A stretch of DNA of 59,633 nucleotides, filler included, from Sphacelaria rigidula (taxonomy: Eukaryota): NCBI GenBank assembly GCA_964200075.2. It is 8 parts of 8 records of this genome, joined end to end, with 100 filler letters (N's around TTAATTAATTAA, not from the genome) between each part and the next. Parts side by side here need not be neighbours in the genome. Positions count along the whole stretch, not along the records: positions 44,802 to 52,167 come from CAXNAA020015237.1; positions 52,268 to 59,633 come from CAXNAA020015238.1; 6 more parts are not named here. One strand, written 5' to 3'. Position 1 is the stretch's first letter. Each line of letters opens with the position of its first letter. The position numbers were made by a program, and so were the translations under genes. This document shows positions 49,228 through 59,633 of this stretch, piece after piece. Below the pieces are notes generated by a model. That model had not been told where the DNA came from and ran no database searches. It worked only from the letters and a program-made list of their open reading frames with translations.

Positions 49228-52167
49228 GGGCAGCGGCATCAGCATGGGTCTGGTTATGGGTCCGGCGCCGCCGCAGGTGCTGCTGCTCCGCGGCGGGCGG
49301 TGCAGGTGGGACCAACTCATACAGTGTCGAACACTGCGCCGGCGCCGGTGGCGGCGGCGGCGACACCGGCAGCAGCGTCGGGCGCGACGCCTGCTGACGC
49401 GCTGGCCGGAGGTTCGCCAAATTCTTGGTCTGCGGGCTGGGGGTCATACCCGCCGGCGGTTCCGTTTGAACCTGCCGGGGCGTCTTCGCCTGCGCAGCTT
49501 GAGCAGCCGTGGCGTCAAGTGGGATAAGCGGCGCATCGGTCGGCCAATGCGTTGTCGGTGGAGTTTGCGGACACCTACGTTCCTGCGGAGCTGTGTCTTT
49601 CAAATCAACGGCAGCGTGGAGCCATTGCAGTTCAGGCTAAGTGGGATTCTGGCGCCCACTTGACGGGTCATGTGAGTCTGTCGGTACAGGTTGTAGAGAT
49701 GTTGGAGCGTCTTCTCCCGGGTGTGCCGCTGCGCATTCCGTTTTCGGTCGGAGCGCGGGAGGCCGTCACCGCGTCGGGTCAGTATCTTTATGTCATAGAA
49801 CGTACTGTTCCGCTGCAGCTGAGTTTGGTGACTTCCTGGGGGCCGGCGCAGTTGACTCCGATCTCGTTTGCGATCAAGCCGGGGTCGGATGGCGTCATTC
49901 TTCTGGGGTTGCCGATGCTTCAGGATATTGGAGTCAACGCTCGGTGGTTGTGGGACTCCATGAAAATGCGGATGTCTCCGCCCGGTCCGCGCTTGGAGAC
50001 GCCCGCCGTTTTGGGCAGTCGTCGCATGAGCTTGTCGGTGGATGCTTTTCAGGAGGCGGAAGGGCAGGTGACCGAAGAGCGGAATGCGGCGTGGGAACGC
50101 TCGGTAGAGCGCGGCCCGGAGATGACAATGATTCCGGCGGAAGAGGAGTCCGCTCGAAAAGTCGCGCTGGAGGACAGCGTGACAAATACTGGGGCAACAG
50201 GCCTCAGCATCTAAAAAACGGAGCGTCTGCGTGGCATATTGCATTGCAGCGTCAACGCGTTTCGTCGTGCGCTGCGGGGTGATCCCCCTGCGCACGTGGA
50301 GCCCACGCGTGTTCAGCCAACACCTGGGGCGTCCGCGGTGAAGATGAAGCCGCGGCGGTACAATCCAGTGAAGTCGAGTTGGTTGGCGTTGTGCATGGCG
50401 ACGTTTTTGGCGCTGGGGTTGGTGTTACGGAATATGCAGGCGGGGTGGTCCAGTTCTGATATGGCGTTTCCGAAGAAGGCGGCATCGTGGACGGAGGGTA
50501 GGCTGTAGGCGTGGGCGGCAGCGAAGGATCTGGTGGCTTATGCCGTGACGCTGTTCCATCCTCGTTCTGACTGTCAGGTATTCATGTTTTCGGATGCATC
50601 TGACGACCATTGGGGTAGTTTGGTCATGCAGGTGCCTACAGTTGAAATTCAAATGCCTGTGTGCGCTGTGGCTGTGGATGATCCGTGTGAACCTGATGAC
50701 TCGATGCCGTCCAAATCTGTTGTCCGCCGAGCGCAACGAAAAGACATTGGGGCCGAAGATTCGGATGTGCAATCTTTCGAGTCGGACGTTGGTACTGCTA
50801 TCCTGGACAATGAAGGTCTGTTTCGTGTGCATGTGCGTGGCCGAAACGTTTTGCGGATTCCGAGTTCTGACAAGCAGTTGCAGGTATGTCTGGTGGTTTG
50901 CGCGCACATGCGCGACGCCGGGCATCGTGGTGTGGCTGCGACGCTCGTGCGCTCGCAAGAGTTCTGTGTCTGGCAGGGGATAGAAACTCATGTGCGCGAA
51001 TTTGTCCGCCAGTGTCTTCACTGTGCTGATTCGAGGGCGGGCGATGTTGTTCCCCGCCCGCTCGGCGAAACGGTCCATGGGACCACGCCGAATAAAACCG
51101 TTCAATGTGACTTCTTGTTCGTGGGCGAGAGTGGCCCGCTAGCTTTCCAAGGTTTGTCGGAGGATGCTGGGTTCCGATACATTTAGGTAATCATGGATGA
51201 TTTGAGCAACGTTTCGGCACTGCAAAGAGTAGCAGCGTGTACTGCTGAATCGGCCGCTGCATCTTTGCTGAATTAGTGCAAAACGCTAAGTGTGCCGCGT
51301 GTGTGGGTGAGTGATACCGCCACGCATTTCAAGAATGCTATCTTGGCCCGATTACGAGAAGCTTTGCGCGTTGATCACCAGTTTGCGGTAGCGTATTCTC
51401 TGTGGTCTAACGGTACGTGCGAACGCATGGTCAAGGAGGTAGTTCGTGTTCTTCGCTCTATTCTTCTCGAGCAGTGTAGAGCGGTCTTTGAGTGGGGGGG
51501 TGTATTGCCTGCGGTGCAATGGGCGCTAAATACAGCGTATCGTCGACGGTACGATAGTACGCCGTACCACGTGATGTTTGGTCATGCTCTTCGGACGTCT
51601 TTCTCGGTGTTGGCGTTTTCGTCGGCGGGGGAATGGAAGTGTGATGTTGTGGATGATGTTCAAATTAAGAGTGCATTGCAACGAGTCTCGGGACTTGCAA
51701 GAACGTTTCCACGTTCAAGTGCAGAAACGTGTTGCCGCTGAACGTGCTCGTAGACGTAGGGGGTCCTTGTCGGAGCTGGAATTACCGAATTTCGAGGTTG
51801 GCGGCTATGTCTTGTATGCACGCGTGCGCCGTCCGGGTGTTACGCCCAAGTTGATGGCGACGTGGACTGGTCCGTGGAGAGTGGTTGGTGTTCACCACCC
51901 GCACGTGTTTGAGATTCAGAACATTGTGTCGGGTCGTGCTCAGACCGTCCATGTTGCTTGTTTGCGTTTTATGCAGACTCGCCGCTTAATGTTACGGCTG
52001 ACGTTGAGGACGTGTTTCAGCATGTTTTCAATCCGGGGCAAATGCAGATGGCTGGTATTTTCCGAGTGGCAGAGGCAGATGATCGTTCGTTGATCGTGTT
52101 GGTCGACTGGGTTGGTTCCGAAGTTGAGGAGCGTACGTGGGAGCTTTTCAAGGATATTTTCGAGGCC

Positions 52168-52267
52168 NNNNNNNNNNNNNNNNNNNNNNNNNNNNNNNNN
52201 NNNNNNNNNNNTTAATTAATTAANNNNNNNNNNNNNNNNNNNNNNNNNNNNNNNNNNNNNNNNNNNN
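52168..52267. other. Artificial contig linker
   Basis: Same 100-bp spacer. Confidence 0.99.
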
Positions 52268-52799
52268 TTCTTGGGACCATCTGCATATCCACAAGGAAAC
52301 TAGTTTTAATTCAGGCCCTCAGTCATTTACCATCACATGGAGGGGAGGGGGGGGGGGTTCATCGTCCTGTCGCGTTGAGCATGGTTTCACGGGGGTCCTG
52401 TTTGATGAGAATAGACGGCGTCGACGCTTGTCGTTCGCAACCGATGGTATCACCGTGCGTGGAACACCTACCTGCTCGTGTTCTCAAATTCGATGGAAGA
52501 CAATGCACCATTCTCTGCGCCAGAGGGAAGGGTTCGAAGGGGAGTATCCTAGTCGTTTCCGTGCCGGAATCTTGTGGCCTATCCATGTTGCGTTGACACC
52601 GACTTTTTCATTGAGGGGGGTAACCACAAACCCGCAGCTCATCGATTCCAAGACACGAACATTGCCCGTCTTGGTCGTGCCTGACGGACCCCCCCCCCCC
52701 CCCCTCCCCGCCGCCTTCCCCTCACCTCTAGACTCTTGGGTTGGCGTCGAGTGGCAACGGCGCTGTAAAACAAGCCACCAAAACCTAGACAAATGTACA

Positions 52800-55700
52800 G
52801 ACTGTCACGAAACAGAGAAGCTTACCCTTCTTTTTATTTACCCCACCATAACACAGCCCGGACATATACAGGAAATAGAGAAGCTCACCCCCCTTTTTCT
52901 TTCACCTACCATAACACAGCCCGGACATAGACATGCAATAGAGAAGCTAACCCCCCTTTTAATTTACCCCACCATGAAACAGCCCGGACATAGACATGAA
53001 GTAGAGAAGCTGACCCCCCTTTTTATTTAACCTACCATAACACAGCCCGGACAAAGACAAGAAATAGAGAACCTACACTCCTTTTTATTTAACCTACTAT
53101 AACACAGCCCGGAAATAAACATGAAATAGAGAAGCTAACCCTCCTTTTATTGAACCTACTTTAACACAGCCCGGACATAGATATGGAATAAAGGAGCTAA
53201 CCTTCCTTTCTATTTAACCTATCATAACACAGCCCGGACAAAGACATGAAATAGAGAAGCTCATCTTCCTTTATATTTAACCTACTCCAACACAGCCCGG
53301 ACATAAACATGAAATAGAGAAGCTAACCTCCTTTTTTATTCGAGCTACTACAACACAGCCCGGACATGAACATGAAATAGAGAAGCTAACCTTCCTTTTT
53401 CTTCACCTTACTATAACACAGCCCGGATATAGACGTGAAATAAAGAAGCTCACCTTCCTTTTTATTCAACCTACTATAACACAGCCCGGACATACATATG
53501 GAATAGAGAAGCTAACCCCTCTTTTTCTTCAACCTACTATAACACAGCCCGGACAATGACATGAAGTAGAGAAGCTAACCTTCCTGTTTTTTTAATTTAC
53601 CATAACACAGCCCGGACATGAACATGAAATAGAGAAGCTAACCTTCTATCTTCTTCAACCTACCATAACACAGCCCGGACATAAACATGAAATAGAGAAG
53701 TCCACCTTCTTTTTTCGTAATCCTACTATAACACAGCCCCAACAAAGACATGTAACAGAGAAGCTAACCTTCTATGTTCTTCAACCTACCATAACACAGC
53801 CCAGACATAAACATGAAATAGAGAAGCTCACCTTCCTTTTTCGTAATCCTACTATAACACAGCCCCAACAAAGGCATTTCACAGAGAAGCTAACTTCCCT
53901 TTATATTCCACCTACTTTAACACAGCCCGGACATAGACATGAAATAAGGCAGCTTACCCTCCTTTTTATTTTATTTTCTATAACACAGCCCGGACATAGA
54001 CATGAAATAGAGAAGCTCACGTTCCTTTTTATTTCACCTACCATAACACAGCCCGGACATAGACGAGAAATAAAGAAGCCAACCTTCCTTTTTATTTTCC
54101 CCACCATAACACAGCCCGGACGTAGACATGGAATAGAAATGCTTGCCTTCCTTATTTTCACCCTACCATAACACAGCCCCAGATAGACAAGAAATAATAA
54201 AGCTTACCCTCCTTGTTTTTTTCAACCTACTATAAGACAGCCCGGACAAAAGCACGGGAGAGGGAAGGTAACCCTCCTTATTCCACATACTGGAACGAAG
54301 CCCAGAAACGAACATGTAGGGGAGAAGCTAACCTCCCTTTGTATTTAACCTACCATAACACAGCCCGAACATAGACGAGAAATAGAACAGCCAACCTTCC
54401 TTCTTATTTACCACACCATAACACAGCCCGTACATAGACATGGAATAGAAATGCTTACCCTCCTTATTTTTACCCCACCATAACACAGCCCGGACATAGA
54501 CGAGAAATAGAGAAGCCAACCTTCCTTCTTATTTACCCCACCATAACACAGCCCGGACATAGACATGGAATAGAAATGCTTACGCTGCTGTTTATTCACC
54601 CCACCATAACACAGCCCGGACATATACATGGAATAGAAATGCTTACCCTCCATATTTTTACCACACCATAACACAGCCTGGACATAGACATGAAATAGAG
54701 AAGCTAACCCTTGTTTGAATTCAACCTACTAAAACATAGTCCGAACATAGACATGGAATAGAGAAGCTAACCTTCGTTTCTATTTCACCTACCATAACAC
54801 AGCCCGGACATAGACATGAAATAGAGAAGCTAACCTTCGTTTTTATTTAATCTACCATCACACAGCCCGGACATAGACGTGAAATAGAGAAGCTAACTTT
54901 TTTTTTTTTCAACCTACCATAACACAGCCCGAACATAAACAGGGAAAAGGGGAGCCAACCGTCCGTTTTTTTATCCCACCATATCACAGCCCGGACATAG
55001 ACATGGAGTAGAGAAGCTAACCCTGCTTCTTATTCACCCCACCATAACCCAGCCCGACATAGACAAGGAATAGAGAAGCTAACCCTCCGTTTTCTCTAAC
55101 CTATTATAACACAGCCCGGACATAAACATGGAATAGGGAAGCTAACCCTTCATATTTAACCTACTCGAACACAGCCCGGACATGAACATGTAGGGGAGAA
55201 GCTCGTCTTCCTCTCTATATAACCTACTATAACACAGGCCGGACATAGACATGAAATAAGGAAGCTAACCCTCATTTTTATTTAACCTACTATAACATAG
55301 TCCGGACATGGACATGAAAGAGAGAAGCTCACGTGCGTTTCCATTTCACCTACCATAACACAGCCCGGACATAGGCATGGAATAGAGAAGCTAACCCTCC
55401 TCTTGTTCGACCTACTATAACATAGTCCGGACATGGACATGACACAGAGCAGCTCACCTTCCTTTTTATTCCACCTACCCTAACACAGCCCGGACATAGA
55501 CATGAAATAGAGAAGCTAACCCTTCTTTTTCTTCAACCTACCATCACACAGCCCGGACATAGACAAGAAATAGAGGAGCTAACCCCCCTTTTTCTTGAAC
55601 CTACTATAACACAGCCCGGACATATACAGGAAATAGAGAAGCTATCCCTGCTGTTTATTTACCCCGCCATAACGCAGCCAGGACATAGACGTGAAATAGA

Positions 55701-58700
55701 GAGTCTAACCTTCCTTTTGCTTCAACGTACCATCACACAGCCCGACATAGACGAAAAATAAAGAAGCTAACCCTCCCTTCTCTTCAACCTACTTTAACAC
55801 AGCCCGGACATGAACATGTTAGAGAGAAGTTCACCTTCTTTTTTCCTAACCGACTATAACACAGCCCGGACATAGACATGAGATAGAGAAGCTGACCTTC
55901 CTTTATATTCAACCTACTATAACACAGCCCGGACATAGACATGAGATAAAGAAGCTCACCTTCGTTTTTATTCAACATTCAATAACATAGTCCGGACATG
56001 GACATGACATAGAGTAGCTAACCCTCCTTTTATTCAGCCTACTATAACATAGTCCGGACATAGACAGGAAATAGAGAAGCTAACCCTGCTGTTTATTCAC
56101 CCCACCAAAACACAGCCCGGACATAGACGTGAAATAGGGAGTCTAACTTTCCTTTTTTTTTTCACCTACCATCACACAGCTTGACATAGACGTGAAATAG
56201 AGAAGCTAACCCTTTTTTTCTTTCACGTACCATCACACAGCCCGGACATAGACGTGAAATAGAGAAGCTAACCCCCCTTTTTCTTGAACCTACTTTAACA
56301 CAGCCCTGACATAGACATGAAATAAAAAAACTAACCCTCTCTTTTTGTTTACCTACTCTAACACAGCCGGGGAATAGACATGAAATAGAGAAGCTAACCC
56401 TTCTTTTTCTTCAACCTACCATAACACAGACCGAACATATACATGAAATAGAGAAGCTCACCTTCCTTTCTATATTTTCTACTATAAAATAACACGGGCA
56501 TAGACATGAAATAGAGAAGCTCACCTTCCTTTCAATTTCACCTACCAGAAGACAGCCTGGACGTAGACATGAAATGGAGGAGCTAACCTCCGTTTTTTGT
56601 CTTAGCTTACTATAACACAGCCCGAACAAAGACATGAAATAAAGAAGCTAACTCCTTTTTCTTTAATCTACTATAACACAGCCCGGACAAAGACATGAAA
56701 TAGAGAAGCTACCCTTCCTTTTTCTTTAACCTACTATAACACAGCCCGGACGAAGACATGAGATAAAGAAGCTGACCCTCCTTTTTCTTTGACCCACTAT
56801 AACACAGCCCGGACGAAGACATGGAATAGAGAAGCTGACCGTCTTTTACATTCAACCTACCATAACATAGCCCGGACAGAGACATGGAATAGAGAAGCTG
56901 ACCTTCCTATATATTCAACCTACCATAACATAGCCCGGACAGAGACATGGAACAGAGAAGCTAACTTTCTACTTTACCTACTTTAAGACTGCCCGGACAT
57001 AGACATGGAATAGAGAAGCTAACCCCGTCTTTTTTCAATCTACTATCACATACGCCGGACTTAGACATGAAATGAAGAAGCTAACCTTCCCTTTTCTCTC
57101 ACCTACTATCACACAGCCCGGACATAAACAAGAAATAGAGAAGATATCCTTTTTCTTTCTTTCACCTACTATCACACAGCCCGGACATAGACATTAAATA
57201 GAGAAGCTCACTTTCCTCCCTATTTGTTCTACTATAACATAGTCCGGACATAGACATGAAATAGAGAAGCTCACCTCCCTTTTTCGTTTCACCTACTATA
57301 GCACAGCCCGGACATAAACAAGAAATAGAGAAGCTAACTCTTTTCTTTCTCTAACCTACTATAACACGGCCCGGACATGGACATTAACTAGAGAAGCTCA
57401 CCTTCCTTTCTATATATTCTACTATAACATAGCCCGGACATATACGTGAAATAGAGAAGATCACCTCCCTTTTCATTCATTCTACTCTAACATAGCCCGG
57501 ACATAGACATGAAATAGAGAAGCTACCCTTCCTTTTTCTTTTATCTACTATAACACAGCCCGGACGAAGACATGAAGTAGAGAAGCTAACCTTCCTTTTT
57601 CCTCAACCTACTATTACACAGCTCGGACATAGACATGAAATAGAGGAGCTGACCGTCTCCTTCATTCAACCTACCATGACATAGCCCGGACATAGACATG
57701 GAATAGAGAAGCTGACCTTTCTAAATATTCAACCTACCATAACATAGCCCAGACATAGACATGGAACAGAGAAGCTAACCTTCCTTTCTACTTCACCTAC
57801 TCCAACACAGCCCGGACATGGACATGGAATAGACCAACTTGCCCTCTTTTTTCTTTTACCCACTCTAACACAGCCCGGACATAGACATGAAAGAGAGAAG
57901 CTAACCCTTTTTTTTTTTTACCTACTATAACATAGCCCGGACATATACATGAAAGAGAGAAGCTCACCTTTCTTCCTATTTATTTTACTATAACATAACC
58001 CGGACATGGACATGAAAAAGAGAAGGTAACCTTTCTTCTTTTTTAGCCTACTATAACACAGCCCGGACATAGACATGGAATAGAGAAGCTAACCCTTTCT
58101 TTCTTGAATTTACTATAACATAGGCCGGACATAGACATGAAATAGAGAAGCTAACCTTTTTTTTTTTTTTTACCTACTATCACACAGCCCGGACATAAAC
58201 AAGAAATAGAGAAGCTTACCCTTCTCTTTCTCTAACCTACTATCACACAGCCCGGACATAGACATTGAATAGAGAAGCTCACCTTTCTTTCTATTTATTC
58301 TACTCTCACATAGCCTTGAAATAGACATTCGATAGAGAAGCTAACCTCCTTTTTTTGTTTTACCTACCACATCACTGCCCAGACAAAGACATGACATCGA
58401 GAAGATAACCTTTCTTTTTCTTTGACCTACTATAACACAGCCCGGAGATAGACATGAAATAGAGAACCTAACATTCCTTTTTTCTTCAACCTACTATCAC
58501 ACAGCCCTGACACAGATATGAAATAGAGAAGCTCACCCTCCTGTTTCTTTGACCTTCTATAACACAGCCCGGACATAGACATGGAATAGAGAAGCTGACC
58601 GTCTTTTACATTCAACCTACCATAACATAGCCCGGACATAGACATGGAACAGAGAAGCTAACCTTCCTTTGTATTTCACCTACTTCAACACAGCCCGGAC

Positions 58701-59633
58701 ATGAATATTTACGAGAGAACTCACCTTTTTTTTAACCAACCTACGACAACACAGCCCGAAGATGAACATGGAATAGAGAAGGTCCCCTTCCTTTGTATTT
58801 GTTCTACTATAACATAGCCCGGACATAGACATGAAAAAGAGAAGCTAACCTCCCTTTTCTTTTAGCCTACTGTAACACAGCCCGGACATAGACATGGAAC
58901 AGAGAAGCTAACCTTCCTTTGTATTTCACCTACTATCACACAGCCCTGACACAGATATGAAATAGAGAAGCTCACCCTCCTGTTTCTTTGACCTTCTATA
59001 ACACAGCCCGGACATAGACATGGAATAGAGAAGCTGACCGTCTTTTTCATTCAACCTACCATGACATAGCCCGGACATAGACATGGAATAGAGAAGCTGA
59101 CCTTCCTATATATTCAACCTACCATAACATAGCCCGGACATAGGCATGGAACAGAGAAGCTAACTTTTCTTTCTACTTCACCTACTCCAACACAGCCCGG
59201 ACATAGACATGAAAGAGAGAAGCTAACCCTTCTTTTTTGTTGGCCTACTATAACATAGCCCGGACATAGACATGAAATAGAGAAGCTAGCCTTCCTTTTT
59301 GTCTCACCTACTATTACACAGCCCGGACATAAACAAGAAATAGAGAAGCTTACCCTTCTCTTTCTCTAACCTACTATCACACAGCCCGTTACAGACATTA
59401 AATAGAGAAGCTTACTTTCCTTTCTATTTATTCTACTCCTACATAGCCTTGAAATAGACATTCGATAGAGAAGCTAACCTCCTTTTTTTTGTTTTACCTA
59501 CCACAACACTGCCCAGACAAAGACATGACATCGAGAAGATAACCTTTCTTTTTCTTTGACCTACTATAACACAGCCCGGAGATAGACATGAAATAGAGAA
59601 CCTAACATTCCTTTTTTCTTCAACCTACTATCA
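52800..59633 (+). repeat. Satellite array, 63-bp monomer, ~108 copies, runs off the window end
   Basis: Consensus cctactataacacagcccggacatagacatgaaatagagaagctaaccttcctttttcttcaa repeated head-to-tail with diverged monomers. Confidence 0.98.

Larger units (their letters stand above)
48073..52167 (+). mobile_element. Degenerate Ty3/Gypsy LTR retrotransposon with chromodomain; RT core deleted; truncated by contig end
   Basis: Gag zinc knuckle CHCCSQVGHYARDC (48928-48969), protease WDSGA (49642-49656), RT start (KPRRYNP..WSS..AFPKK), RNase H FSDASDDHWG, integrase HHCC (HMRDAGHRG..CLHC) and DDE (CDF, SDT, CER), WTGPWRV, chromodomain-like LVDWVGSEVEERTWE. Order PR-RT-RH-IN is Gypsy. Mostly one frame, with several stops and frameshifts. 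Confidence 0.93.

Noticed and set aside
48793..49663. Poly-Leu, AVA-repeat and SSN-repeat ORFs
   Set aside because: Alternative-frame and antisense readings of the Gypsy CAG/CAA tract.
22997..52167. SMUG1 + P-loop + retroelement + repeat array as one defence or editing system
   Set aside because: The components lie on different, artificially joined contigs.
53901..59050. Short ORFs in the satellite (e.g. ISCLCPGCV repeats)
   Set aside because: By-products of a 63-bp period, broken by frequent stops and indels.
52800..59633. CRISPR array interpretation of the 63-bp repeat
   Set aside because: Variable segments are short, pyrimidine-rich and related to each other. The constant part also drifts, there are higher-order duplications, there are no cas genes, and the context is eukaryotic.
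52800..59633. Hammerhead ribozyme (retrozyme-like) satellite
   Set aside because: No CTGANGA core on either strand of the consensus.

Overview
This window is eukaryotic nuclear DNA, not one locus. It is eight contigs of 7,367 or 7,366 bp (1-7367, 7468-14834, 14935-22301, 22402-29768, 29869-37235, 37336-44701, 44802-52167, 52268-59633) joined by an artificial 100-bp linker (44 N + TTAATTAATTAA + 44 N), so neighbourhood across linkers means nothing. The gene architecture (short exons, long GT-AG introns), the style of the LINE and Ty3/Gypsy proteins, TTAGGG repeats and a GAL3ST-type sulfotransferase suggest a brown alga or related stramenopile (inference). Splicing the exons by hand gives partial genes that the ORF track hides: a PP2C phosphatase with a ~520-aa low-complexity insert inside its catalytic domain, a galactose-3-O-sulfotransferase-like gene, SMUG1 uracil-DNA glycosylase (4 exons), a P-loop protein head-to-head with a kelch-type protein, a coiled-coil protein and an orphan multi-exon gene. 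Repeats include a fossil LINE, a chromodomain Ty3/Gypsy element lacking its RT core, several MITE/foldback hairpins, a perfect 90-bp palindrome, a tRNA-like Pol III head, and a ~6.8-kb array of a 63-bp satellite with higher-order structure. I found no CRISPR, prokaryotic or viral system, and I cannot claim a new multi-gene system.
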